Source: an uncultured delta proteobacterium (lineage in GTDB: Bacteria > Myxococcota_A > Polyangia > Palsa-1104). Taken from it: 64,000 nucleotides of DNA. Positions 1 to 9,850 of the stretch are shown in pieces (position 1 is the stretch's first letter; each line of letters opens with the position of its first letter). The DNA is taken from NCBI GenBank assembly GCA_963785725.1, contig CAWAWS010000006.1, positions 120,128 to 184,127 of the forward strand, in the 5' to 3' direction. Both the position numbers and the translations under genes were made by a program. The notes beneath the pieces were generated by a model that saw nothing but the letters and a program-made list of their open reading frames with translations, had not been told where the DNA came from and did no database searches.

Positions 1-350
1 GCGGTGACCGGTCCCGAGCCGCCGCCGAAGCAGCCGCAGTCGATGTTGATGCCTCGGGCGACCACTTGCCCAACGGCCGCCGTGAACACGGCGAGCATGC
101 CGGCCATCGCCAGCGCCGCCGCCCGTCGCCACTGCACCGGTGCCGCCACCAACGCCACGCCGAGCGCGATCTCGATCGCCGGCAGCGTCGCCGCCAAATA
201 CGGCGCCAGCTCGGGCAAAAAGCGATAGTTCACGATCTCGGTCGCGAACGCGGTCGGCTGCGCCAGCTTGAGCACGCCGGCGAGCACGAACAGCCCGCCG
301 AGGCCGAGCCGCAGCGACCATCCGAGCGCCAGTCGCAGCGGCGCGCTCAA
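1..350 (-). CDS. MauE/DoxX-family membrane protein (C-terminus cut by window edge)
   Basis: Minus-strand translation from TTG at 350 (TTGA overlap with the rhodanese stop) reads LSAPLRLALGWSLRLGLGGLFVLAGVLKLAQPTAFATEIVNYRFLPELAPYLAATLPAIEIALGVALVAAP...GINIDCGCFGGGSGP. It has hydrophobic helices and the CGCFG motif typical of MauE/DoxX proteins that pair with rhodanese. It is absent from the ORF track because it is open at the window edge. The start codon is uncertain. Confidence 0.6.
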   Translation of the reverse strand, partial: MSAPLRLALGWSLRLGLGGLFVLAGVLKLAQPTAFATEIVNYRFLPELAPYLAATLPAIEIALGVALVAAPVQWRRAAALAMAGMLAVFTAAVGQVVARGINIDCGCFGGGSGPVT

Positions 351-1195
351 CGGACGCCGCCGCCCGGCGCGGCAGTCGCGCCACTGCCGTTCTGCGCGCC
401 GCTGCCCGGCGCGGCAGTTGCGCCATTGCCGTTCTGCGCGCCGCCGCTCGGCGCGGCAGTCGCGCCAGCCTGCGCGCCGCCGCTCGGCGCGGCAGTCGCG
501 CCAGTCTGCGCGCCGCCGCTCGGCGCGGCAGTCGCGCCAGCCTGCGCGCCGCCGCTCGGCGCGGCAGTCGCGCCAGTCTGCGCGCCGCCGCTCGGCGCGG
601 CAGTCGCGCCACTCTGCGCGCCGACTGCAGGCGCGACCGTCGCGCCGCCGCTCTGCCCGACGCCGCTCTGCGCAGCGGCGGCGCCCGCCGCGCCCGTCTT
701 GCACTCGTCACACGGCCCCGACGCGCACGCCAATCCCGCGCTCGACCACGCCCCGAACCCACCCGCCAACACCTGCACGCGCGCGTTCGGATGTCGTCGC
801 CGCAAGCTGTCCGCCACCGGCCGCGCGTCCTCGCTCGTCGCCCCATACACGACGATGCGCTGCGCCCGCTCGAAATGCGCCAACGCCTCGCCGGCCGCGC
901 CCCCGGCGTCACACGGCAAATGCACCGCGCCCGCGACGTGACCCTCGGCAAACGCGCTCGCCGCTCGCGCATCGGCGACGACCACCCCCGGCTGCCCGCA
1001 CAACCCAGCCGCGTCCGCCGGCGCCAAATCCTCGGCGCCCGCCGCGGCCTTGCCGTCATGCGGCCCCGTGCACTCCGTCGGCGGCGCGAACGACGCCAGC
1101 GCCACGCCGCCCGGTCGCACGGCGTTCGTCACCAACCCCACCGCCGCCGCGCCGACCACCAGCGTCAGCGCGCGCACCCAAATGGCCGACGTCAT
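347..1195 (-). CDS. membrane-anchored rhodanese-homology protein with Gly/Ala/Pro repeat tail
   Basis: ORF 347..1195. It has an N-terminal TM helix (IWVRALTLVVGAAAVGLV) and a rhodanese-like core (GHVAGAVHLPC...RIVVYGATSEDARPVADSL...VLAGGFGAW). The usual active-site Cys position (VVY-C) carries Gly. The C-terminal ~90 aa are GATAAPSGGAQ repeats. Confidence 0.75.
   Translation of the reverse strand: MTSAIWVRALTLVVGAAAVGLVTNAVRPGGVALASFAPPTECTGPHDGKAAAGAEDLAPADAAGLCGQPGVVVADARAASAFAEGHVAGAVHLPCDAGGAAGEALAHFERAQRIVVYGATSEDARPVADSLRRRHPNARVQVLAGGFGAWSSAGLACASGPCDECKTGAAGAAAAQSGVGQSGGATVAPAVGAQSGATAAPSGGAQTGATAAPSGGAQAGATAAPSGGAQTGATAAPSGGAQAGATAAPSGGAQNGNGATAAPGSGAQNGSGATAAPGGGVR
355..660 (-). 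repeat. in-frame 36-nt tandem repeat inside the rhodanese gene
   Basis: Five near-identical 36-nt units (gccgccgctcggcgcggcagtcgcgccagYctgcgc) lie at 440-475, 476-511, 512-547, 548-583 and 584-619. The first four alternate agcc/agtc, so the array behaves as a 72-nt superunit; the fifth reads actc. Degenerate 42-nt copies flank them. The units encode 12-aa GATAAPSGGAQx repeats. Confidence 0.9.
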
Positions 1196-1201
1196 GCCCG
1201 A

Positions 1202-2089
1202 TCAACAGATCCGATCGCGCAGCTCTTCCAGCACGCGCGATTCTCGCAATTGCCCCAAGGCCTCGCCCAGTTGCGCCGCCAGCTGCTCCCGCCGCGCCAT
1301 CTCCGCGCGCAACAGCGCCAGCGCGCCCGGCTGCCCCGCGCCATCGGCGCGCACGACGAACTTCTCGACGAGCGGCAGGTGCACGTCGGTGTCATGCAGC
1401 GCGCCCAGCGTCTCCTGCAGCGCCGACAGCTTGTCGAGCAGCGCCGCCAGCGGCTCGGGAAACGCCGGCGCCGCCAGCTCCGCGACATAGCGCAGCTTCT
1501 TGACCGCGATGCGCAGCCGATGCGCCGTCGTCGGGTCGGGCGACTCGAGCGTCCGCTTGGCCAGCTTGCGCACCGTCTGCAGCCGCTCGTCGAGCCGCTC
1601 GCGCAGGCAGCGACCGCCGAGTCGACCGTGCTGCTCGAGGCCGGCGATCGCCTGCGCCACCGCGTCGGCCTCGTCGCGCCAGGCCGCGATCGCCTCGTGC
1701 ACCGCTTCGATGCGCCAGGGCAGCTTCTTCTCGCGCGTCTGCTTCAGCGCCACGATGCCCGAGTGATCGGCCTCCCGTCCGGCGCGCGCCGCCTCGTCGA
1801 GCCACGAAAGCTGCACCTGCAGCTCGCGCAGCCCGCCGAGCGCGTCGCCCAGCCGCTTGACCGCCTGGTGCGCGGTTTCGAGCTGCTTTTTACGGTCGAA
1901 CAGCTGCAGCGCCGCGCGCATTCGCCGCGACGCGACGCGCATGTCGTGCACATCGTCGGGCTCGGCGTCGGTCGTCAACCGGTCCTCGTATTGACGCAGC
2001 TCACCCAAGCGGGCGGTCAGCGTCTTCTTGGCTGCGTCTTCCAGCGGGCTGTCGGCATCGATGCCTTCGATGGTCGCGGGCTTGGCCAT
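1202..2089 (-). CDS. CHAD domain protein
   Basis: ORF 1202..2089. It carries the paired helical motifs VHDMRVASRRMRAALQLF and AHRLRIAVKKLRYVAEL that characterise CHAD domains. A 6-nt gap separates it from the downstream rhodanese gene. Confidence 0.8.
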   Translation of the reverse strand: MAKPATIEGIDADSPLEDAAKKTLTARLGELRQYEDRLTTDAEPDDVHDMRVASRRMRAALQLFDRKKQLETAHQAVKRLGDALGGLRELQVQLSWLDEAARAGREADHSGIVALKQTREKKLPWRIEAVHEAIAAWRDEADAVAQAIAGLEQHGRLGGRCLRERLDERLQTVRKLAKRTLESPDPTTAHRLRIAVKKLRYVAELAAPAFPEPLAALLDKLSALQETLGALHDTDVHLPLVEKFVVRADGAGQPGALALLRAEMARREQLAAQLGEALGQLRESRVLEELRDRIC

Positions 2090-2114
2090 GGCGATGCATT
2101 ATACTCAGACCTTC

Positions 2115-4589
2115 ATGCGCAAGCTGCTCCCTCCCGATTCTTCGTCCAGGGTCCTCGTCGATGAGGAGCTGGCGCAGCTGAGCCGCGTGCACGCCCTCGT
2201 CGCCAAAGGCGGCGAACCGAACGCCGCCAGCGACGCCCGCGACTTCGAGCGCGACCTCATCGCCCTGCGCGACCAGATCGCCGACGAGAAAGCCGAAGAC
2301 TTGCCGTCGCTGGTGGAGCAGATGACGCGTGTCTCGGCGCTGGCGCAGGGTCGGCGCAACAAGTCGACGGTGCCGATCGACGCCGCGTCGCCCTATTTCG
2401 CGCACATGCGCCTGCAGTCCGAAGGCAAGCCCGGCCACAAGCAGGACGTCACCGACGTGCTCATTGGCCGCCGCAGCCTCATCGATCGCGCCGCCGGCGT
2501 GCAGATCGTCGACTGGCGCGACGCACCCGTCTCGCAGGTCTACTACCGCTACGACGAAGGCGACGACTACGACGAGGAGGTCGCCGGCGGCACCTTGCGC
2601 GGCGTCGTCCTCGCGCGCCGCAACGTCAGCATCGCCATGGGCAAGCTGCGCCGCATCGGCTGCCCGCAAGGCACGTTCGTCAGCTCCGGCGAGGGCGAAT
2701 GGTTCGAGGTCGGCGGCGAAGAGATCGCCCTCTTGGCCGGCGGACAAGGCACGGCCGCGCGTCCGCCGCGCCCCGGTCCGCCGCAGCCGCGCGGCACCAA
2801 GCGACGCATGGAGACGGCGCGCTCGCAGCACGACGCCAACAAGGCGCTGCCCGAGATCGCCGCGCTCATCGATCGCGCGCAGTTCGACCTCATCACCGAG
2901 CCGGGCGCCGGCCTCATCGTCATCCAAGGCGGCGCCGGCTCGGGCAAGACGACGGTGGCGCTGCATCGCATCGCCTATCTCATCTTCAACGATCCGCAGA
3001 AGTTCAAGCCGTCGCGCTGCCTGTTCGTCGTGCCGTCGGAGGCGCTGGCGCGTTATGTCGCCGGCGTCTTGCCGGCGCTCGGCGTGCAAGGCGTGCCGGT
3101 GACGACGTTCCGCAGCTGGGCGCGCAACCTGCGCAAGCGGCTGGTGCCGTCGGCGCCCGACAAGTACGCCGAGGACACGCCGGCGGGGGTCGCGCGGCTC
3201 AAGAAGCACCCGGCGCTCCTCCAGCTCGTCGAAAAGGCGGTCGAGGTCGAGCTGACGGCGGCGCGCGCCTATTTGACCGAGCGGCTCGGCGACGCGCCCG
3301 GCGCCGGCTGGGTGCTCGAGATGTGGGACAAGCACGCCAAGCGCTCGCCGCTCGGTCGCGCCCGCGCCACGCGTCGCTCGGTGGAAAAGCAGATGCAAGC
3401 GCGCGCCGGCGAGCCGACCGCCGAATCCGCCGACCTCGCGGCGCCGACGGCGCACACGGCCGAGCAGGCGCTGAAGAAGGTCGAACGGCGCATCGGCGAC
3501 GTGCGCCGCATCCTGTTCGAGCTCTTGACCGATCGCGGCCGTTTGGAGGCCTTGCGCGCGCCCGAGGTCCTCGAGCCGGCGTTGGCGCGCGAGATCGAAG
3601 AGCTGGTGCGGCGCTCGACGGCGCAGGTGGAAGAGCGCCTGCCCGAAGAGTACGAAGGCGTCGACGAAGATCGCTTAAAGCCCATCGACGGCCTGCCCCT
3701 CGAAGACTCCAGCGACGACGGTCAAGCGCGCGGCCGCCTCGACGAAGAGGACGACGCGTTGTTGCTGCGGCTGTATCAGCTGGTCCACGGTCAGCTGACC
3801 CGTGTCGATGGTGAGCCGCTCGTCTACGACCACATCGCGCTCGACGAAGCCCAAGATCTGTCGGCCGCCGAGGTCAAGCTGCTCTACTTCGCCACCGACG
3901 AGCAGCACTCGGTGACGATCGCCGGCGACGTCGCGCAGCGGGTCATCTTCGACAACGCCTTTCGCGGCTGGGAGTCGCTGCTCTCCGACATCGGCGTCGA
4001 CGCGGCGGTGCGCATTCGTCCGCTCAAGCTCGCTTATCGCTCGACGGCGCCGGTCATGCGCTTCGCGCAGCGCGTGCTCGGCCCGCTGCTCCCCGCCGAC
4101 GCCGCCGAGATCGAAGCGCGCCCCGGCGCCGAGGTGTCGCTGCACCCGTTCGAAGGCATGGGCGAGGCCGTCGGCTTCGTCGCCGACGCGCTGCGCTCGC
4201 TCATCGGCCGCGAGTCGGCGGCGTCGGTGGCGCTGCTGACGCGTCACGCCGGCCAAGCCGACGCCTGGTACGCCGCGCTCGCCCGCGCCGAGGTGCCGCA
4301 GCTGCGCCGCGTCCGTCGCCAGGACTTCGCGTTCGCGCCCGGCGTCGACGTGACCGAGGTCGGCCAAGTCAAAGGCCTCGAGTTCGACTACGTGATCTTG
4401 TTGGATGTGAACGATTCGAGCTATCCCGACTCGATCGAAGCGCGCCATCTCTTGCACATCGGAGCGACGCGCGCGACGCATCAGCTGTGGCTGGTGTCGA
4501 CGGGCAAGCTGTCGCCGCTGGTCGCGGCCGCCGTCGCCGAAGAGGCCGCGGCTACAGCTTCAGACCAATCGATTTCGCCTGCTTCTTGA
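2115..4589 (+). CDS. UvrD/HelD-like superfamily-1 helicase
   Basis: ORF 2028..4589 trimmed to the in-frame ATG at 2115, because the upstream part overlaps the divergent CHAD start at 2089. Walker A is GGAGSGKTTVALHRIAYL. The C-terminal VKGLEFDYVILLDV...IGATRATHQLWLV is typical of UvrD/HelD-type helicases. Confidence 0.85.
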   Translation: MRKLLPPDSSSRVLVDEELAQLSRVHALVAKGGEPNAASDARDFERDLIALRDQIADEKAEDLPSLVEQMTRVSALAQGRRNKSTVPIDAASPYFAHMRLQSEGKPGHKQDVTDVLIGRRSLIDRAAGVQIVDWRDAPVSQVYYRYDEGDDYDEEVAGGTLRGVVLARRNVSIAMGKLRRIGCPQGTFVSSGEGEWFEVGGEEIALLAGGQGTAARPPRPGPPQPRGTKRRMETARSQHDANKALPEIAALIDRAQFDLITEPGAGLIVIQGGAGSGKTTVALHRIAYLIFNDPQKFKPSRCLFVVPSEALARYVAGVLPALGVQGVPVTTFRSWARNLRKRLVPSAPDKYAEDTPAGVARLKKHPALLQLVEKAVEVELTAARAYLTERLGDAPGAGWVLEMWDKHAKRSPLGRARATRRSVEKQMQARAGEPTAESADLAAPTAHTAEQALKKVERRIGDVRRILFELLTDRGRLEALRAPEVLEPALAREIEELVRRSTAQVEERLPEEYEGVDEDRLKPIDGLPLEDSSDDGQARGRLDEEDDALLLRLYQLVHGQLTRVDGEPLVYDHIALDEAQDLSAAEVKLLYFATDEQHSVTIAGDVAQRVIFDNAFRGWESLLSDIGVDAAVRIRPLKLAYRSTAPVMRFAQRVLGPLLPADAAEIEARPGAEVSLHPFEGMGEAVGFVADALRSLIGRESAASVALLTRHAGQADAWYAALARAEVPQLRRVRRQDFAFAPGVDVTEVGQVKGLEFDYVILLDVNDSSYPDSIEARHLLHIGATRATHQLWLVSTGKLSPLVAAAVAEEAAATASDQSISPAS

Positions 4590-5766
4590 GCGTGCCTTCG
4601 ACTTTGGCGTCGAACGAATCGGGCTTGTCGGCGACATTCTTCCGCAGCCAGCCGTTGCGCTCTTTGGCGATGGCGTTGATCTCCGCCTGCACTTTGGTCC
4701 GCTCTTCCAGCTTGCCTTTGACGTAGGCCTCACGCGCCGGCGCGTCCATCTTCTGCATCGGCTCCGGCAGCGACGCCGTCGGCACCGACGCCACGCTCAC
4801 CTTGCCCGACGCCATGCCCTCGACGAGGTCGTCGTCCTTGCCGCCCGACAATCCGCCGATGGCGCCACCGCCGCGCGCGCCGTAAAAGCTGGCGCGATCG
4901 GCCGCCGCCGCCGGCGCCATGGTCTTCGCGGCCGTCGCCTTGTGGTGGAACGCCGCGCGCACGCCGCTCAAGCCGTAGCCGATGCCGGTGTCGACGAGCT
5001 TGGCGTTGAGCTCGGCCAGCTTCGTGTCATACGGCGTCGCCGCCACCTGCACGCCGCCCGACTGATCGATCGACGCATACTCGCCCGCCGACTCCGACGC
5101 GATGCGATTCCACACCACCTCGGTCTCGCGGTCGCTGCCGCAACGAATGGTGTTGATGTGGATCCCGAGATCGTGCGCCTTCTTCGCCGCTTTGTTGTAG
5201 TCGTAGCCGTCGTTGTAATCGGTGTGCGGCGGCGCGTCGCCGACGAGGTAGATCTGCTTCAGCGTCGACTGATCTTTGCTCCACGACGTCTTCATCACCG
5301 CTTCGGTCAACGCCTTCGAGACGTGCTCGGGCGTATCGCCGCCGCCGCCCGCTTCGAACGACGACAAATTCGCGAAGACCTCGTCGAGGTCGTCCGATAG
5401 ATCGTAGAAGCGCGTCACGTATGCGTCACCGATGTCGCGATAGGCGACGAGACCGATGCGCACGTCCGGCTTCGGCTGCCCGTTGGCGATGAACTGCGCG
5501 ATCGACCAGATCTTGCGCTTGGCGCCGTCGATGAGCCCGCCCATCGAGCCCGTCGTATCGAGCGCGAACACCAGCTCGACCCGCGGCGCCGCATGCGGGA
5601 TCTGCACGACCGGCGTCAGCTGCGGCTGGTGCTGCGTGTCCAGCGTCAGCTTGTCGTCGGTCGGGAGCACCACCGGGCGACGATGCGGCATCGCCGACGC
5701 GGCCCACGCCGCCAACACCAACACGCCACCGAGAAGGCCGTACGTCAACCAGCGTCGTTCATTCAT
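4552..5766 (-). CDS. von Willebrand factor type A (VWA) domain protein with N-terminal membrane anchor
   Basis: ORF 4552..5766. It has a TM helix (LTYGLLGGVLVLAAWAA), the MIDAS motif LVFALDTTGSMGG, a VWA core (RIGLVAYRD...IYLVGDAPPH) and a C-terminal coiled-coil-like tail. Its 3' end overlaps the convergent helicase gene by 38 nt. Confidence 0.85.
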   Translation of the reverse strand: MNERRWLTYGLLGGVLVLAAWAASAMPHRRPVVLPTDDKLTLDTQHQPQLTPVVQIPHAAPRVELVFALDTTGSMGGLIDGAKRKIWSIAQFIANGQPKPDVRIGLVAYRDIGDAYVTRFYDLSDDLDEVFANLSSFEAGGGGDTPEHVSKALTEAVMKTSWSKDQSTLKQIYLVGDAPPHTDYNDGYDYNKAAKKAHDLGIHINTIRCGSDRETEVVWNRIASESAGEYASIDQSGGVQVAATPYDTKLAELNAKLVDTGIGYGLSGVRAAFHHKATAAKTMAPAAAADRASFYGARGGGAIGGLSGGKDDDLVEGMASGKVSVASVPTASLPEPMQKMDAPAREAYVKGKLEERTKVQAEINAIAKERNGWLRKNVADKPDSFDAKVEGTLKKQAKSIGLKL

Positions 5767-5824
5767 GACCGTTCCTCCGCTCGCTGTAAACGCGGCGAAC
5801 GGCGAAAAGATCTACGTCACGATT

Positions 5825-6070
5825 TCAGTCGCTGGTGGCGCCGCAGGTGAAGCGGAGGGCGCATAAAAAGCCGGGCGGACAGATGCCGTCGTCGTTGTAG
5901 GCGGGCGCGCAGTCGGACGGGCGAATGCAGAGGGTGTCGCACTCTTCGTAGACCGAGGCGTCGCGGTCGGGCTGGCCGCCGACGATGGGCTTGCCGCCAC
6001 CCGACAGGTGACAGCCTGCGCCGCCGCACAGCAGCGCGACGGCAAACGCGCCTCCTCGCCAACTCAGCAT
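5825..6070 (-). CDS. small Cys-rich lipoprotein, unknown function
   Basis: 81-aa ORF. It has a signal peptide with a lipobox (AVALLCGGAGC) and six further Cys in the mature part (EECDTLCIRPSDCAPAYNDDGICPPGFLC). Confidence 0.6.
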   Translation of the reverse strand: MLSWRGGAFAVALLCGGAGCHLSGGGKPIVGGQPDRDASVYEECDTLCIRPSDCAPAYNDDGICPPGFLCALRFTCGATSD

Positions 6071-6099
6071 AATTTTAGTTTAACAGGATCGGGAGCGAG

Positions 6100-6121
6100 C
6101 CCGACGACCCGCGAAGTCGGG
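6100..6121 (-). terminator. terminator-like hairpin after the basic-protein gene
   Basis: On the minus strand, CCCGAC-ttcgcgggtc-GTCGGG lies about 35 nt downstream of the stop at 6155. There is no U-tract, so the call is weak. Confidence 0.3.
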
Positions 6122-6154
6122 CACGCGTCGGCGAGGAGGGCGTAGCGACCGCCT

Positions 6155-6523
6155 TTAACGGCGGCTGCCTTTTTTCTTCGGAGCCGCTTTCTTGGCGGCC
6201 GCTTTCTTGGCCGGCTTCTTCGCCGGAGCCGCTTTCTTGCCCGCCGCGGCCTTCTTGGCCGGCTTCTTGGCCGCGCCCGCCTTGGCCTTGCGCTTCTGGC
6301 CACCGACGGCCCGCTTGGCGCGAGAGACATCGCCCGACGAGTCGAGGAAGTAGAGGTACCCTTCCTGGCGGCTGAAGTTTCCGGCCGCTACTTTCTCGGC
6401 CTTGTTTGCTGCCGAGGGACCGCCCGCACGCTTCATCGGGGTCTTCCAGACGTCGGACCCGCGAAGGAAGTACAAGTACCCGGGCTCGCGCTTCACACCA
6501 ACTTTTGCAACTTTCTCAGCCAT
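6155..6523 (-). CDS. small basic protein: duplicated GYLYFL module plus Lys/Ala-rich histone-H1-like tail
   Basis: ORF 6155..6787 trimmed to ATG 6523, which is preceded by AAGGAGG 7-8 nt upstream. The 122-aa product is MAEKVAKVGVKREPGYLYFLRGSDVW...SRQEGYLYFLDSSGDV...KAKAGAAKKPAKKAAAGKKAAPAKKPAKKAAAKKAAPKKKGSRR. Confidence 0.8.
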   Translation of the reverse strand: MAEKVAKVGVKREPGYLYFLRGSDVWKTPMKRAGGPSAANKAEKVAAGNFSRQEGYLYFLDSSGDVSRAKRAVGGQKRKAKAGAAKKPAKKAAAGKKAAPAKKPAKKAAAKKAAPKKKGSRR

Positions 6524-6556
6524 CCCGATCCTCCTTGAGGGAGTTGCTTGCCGTCG

Positions 6557-6585
6557 ACAATAGAAACCGCAAAAAGCCTTGTCAA
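6557..6585 (-). promoter_or_regulatory. near-consensus sigma70-type promoter for the basic-protein gene
   Basis: The minus strand reads TTGACA-aggctttttgcggtttc(17 nt)-TATTGT, about 33 nt upstream of ATG 6523. The -35 hexamer overlaps the stop codon of the upstream methyltransferase gene. Confidence 0.65.
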
Positions 6586-7439
6586 TTCTTTTTCCGTCGA
6601 GAAAGTGATTTTTCTCGTCGAGAACGACACAAAATCGCCTGCTCTTCGCTCTCCGGCAGCAGCTCCGCGCCGAGGAATCCGCCATGGTGCGCAGCGACGG
6701 TAAAATCGTTGTAATGGAGCAGCGCCTGCAGCTCGAGCGGGAAGAACTGGCGATGAACCAAACGGACGATTCGCTCGCGGCCTCCACTTTCGGGCGCGTA
6801 GTAGATACGCATGAACGCGATCTGCAGCGCCGCGTCGTAGGTGACGCTGGTCGAGTAGACCATCGCCTTGCCCGTCTTCGGATGGCGGAACTTCGTGCGC
6901 GCCCAGCGACGGTGCGGATCGCGCGCCAGCCAGCCGAGATGTGGGTTGAGCACGTCGAACGCGAAGAGCCCGCCCGGCGCCAAATGCGCGTGCACGACCG
7001 CCAAGAAGCGCTCGACGTCCTCGCGTTGATACAGGTGCATGAAGGCGTTGAAGGGGCAGATCACGAGCTGGAAACGTTCGCGTAGATCGATCGCGCGGAA
7101 GTCGCCTTCGTGCAGCTCGACGCGCGCCGCCACCGCTTTTCCCGCTTTTTCCACGCGTTCACGGCAGCGCGCCAGCATCTTGGGCGCGGCGTCGACGCCG
7201 ACGACGCGATAGCCGTCGCGCGCCAGCGGCAGCAACATGCGCCCCGAGCCGCAGCCGAGCTCGAGGATCGACTGCGGCTTCTTCACGCTGGGCGCGCCCA
7301 ATTCGTCGGCGGCGAGCTTCTGATACCAGCGGATGTCGTCGCGGCGGCGCTTGTATTCGTGGTCGTAGAGGACGGCGTCTTCGTAGTGCTCGCGCGTGCC
7401 GGCGGCCAGCGCCTGCGCGAGCTTGTCGGCAAAGGTCAT
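6582..7439 (-). CDS. class I SAM-dependent methyltransferase
   Basis: ORF 6582..7478 trimmed to ATG 7439 (AAGGAG 7 nt upstream). Motif I is [26 protein letters not shown], with post-I and motif II elements ([10 protein letters not shown]). Confidence 0.85.
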   Translation of the reverse strand: MTFADKLAQALAAGTREHYEDAVLYDHEYKRRRDDIRWYQKLAADELGAPSVKKPQSILELGCGSGRMLLPLARDGYRVVGVDAAPKMLARCRERVEKAGKAVAARVELHEGDFRAIDLRERFQLVICPFNAFMHLYQREDVERFLAVVHAHLAPGGLFAFDVLNPHLGWLARDPHRRWARTKFRHPKTGKAMVYSTSVTYDAALQIAFMRIYYAPESGGRERIVRLVHRQFFPLELQALLHYNDFTVAAHHGGFLGAELLPESEEQAILCRSRREKSLSRRKKN

Positions 7440-7476
7440 AGGACTCCTTCGGAGCACCGAGTATATTCCGCGGCGC

Positions 7477-8175
7477 ATGAAAAAAGCGGTGGTGCTCCTC
7501 TCGGGCGGGCTCGATTCGGCGACGGTGCTGGCGATGGCGCGCGCGCAAGGTTTCGAGTGCTATGCGCTCTCTTTTCGCTACGGCCAGCGCCATGTCGTCG
7601 AGCTCAAAGCGGCCGAGCGCGTCGCGGCGGCGCTGGGCGCGATCGTGCAAAAGACGGCGACTGTAGATCTCGGCTGGATCGGCGGCTCGGCGCTGACGTC
7701 GCACACCATCGACGTGCCCAAAGATCGCCCGATCGATCACATGGCGAGCGAGATCCCGGTCACGTACGTGCCGGCGCGCAACGCGCTCTTCCTCTGTCAC
7801 GCGCTCGCGTGGGCCGAAGTCGTCGGCGCCAAGGATCTCTTCGCCGGCATGAACGCGCTCGACTACAGCGGCTATCCCGACTGCCGGCCCGAGTTCTTGC
7901 GCGCGTTCGAGACGATGGCGCGGCTCGGCACCAAAGCCGGCGCCGAAGGTGCCGACTGGCAAGTGCGCGCGCCGCTCATCGCCATGTCGAAGGCCGAGAT
8001 CATCAAGGCCGGTGTCGCGCTCGGGGTCGACTACGGCCTGACGCACTCCTGCTACGACCCCATCGTCAAGGGCGACGGCGACGACGACGTGCGCGCCTGC
8101 GGCCGCTGCGACTCCTGTTTATTGCGCAAAAAGGGGTTCGCCGAAGCCGGCGTGCCCGACCCGACGCGCTATTGA
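7477..8175 (+). CDS. queC: 7-cyano-7-deazaguanine synthase
   Basis: ORF 7396..8175 trimmed to ATG 7477 ([21 protein letters not shown]...). It has the SGGxDS PP-loop and the C-terminal Zn-Cys cluster (HSCYDP...[10 protein letters not shown]) typical of QueC. Confidence 0.95.
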   Translation: MKKAVVLLSGGLDSATVLAMARAQGFECYALSFRYGQRHVVELKAAERVAAALGAIVQKTATVDLGWIGGSALTSHTIDVPKDRPIDHMASEIPVTYVPARNALFLCHALAWAEVVGAKDLFAGMNALDYSGYPDCRPEFLRAFETMARLGTKAGAEGADWQVRAPLIAMSKAEIIKAGVALGVDYGLTHSCYDPIVKGDGDDDVRACGRCDSCLLRKKGFAEAGVPDPTRY

Positions 8176-8291
8176 GCCACACGTCGCGCTGAACGCGCCT
8201 GGCGCGCCGCCCGCCGTTCGCGCTGGGCCGAGCAGGGCGGCCACGCCGGCGCGCCGTACGCGCGGCGCCACGAGGCTGCCAGCGCGTGTCA

Positions 8292-8314
8292 GCCGGCCAG
8301 GCCAGGCGGCCGGC
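8292..8314. terminator. GC-rich hairpin between convergent queC and pcnB
   Basis: GCCGGCC-aggccaggc-GGCCGGC forms a 7-bp perfect stem. There is no U-tract on either strand. Confidence 0.3.
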
Positions 8315-8365
8315 GAAACGATCCGATGTAGTTGGGTGAAGGTGAGAGGGTAGCGCGCGAAGGCG

Positions 8366-9811
<1,446 letters not shown>

Positions 9812-9850
9812 ATCGTCGCGACACGGGCAAACGGGCTACAATGGGACGGG

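Noticed and set aside
355-660. Regular 36-nt repeats here, and 51-nt repeats at 40232..40384, considered as CRISPR-like arrays.
   Set aside because: The units are directly adjacent with no unique spacers. They are in frame within long ORFs and encode low-complexity peptide repeats. No cas genes are present.
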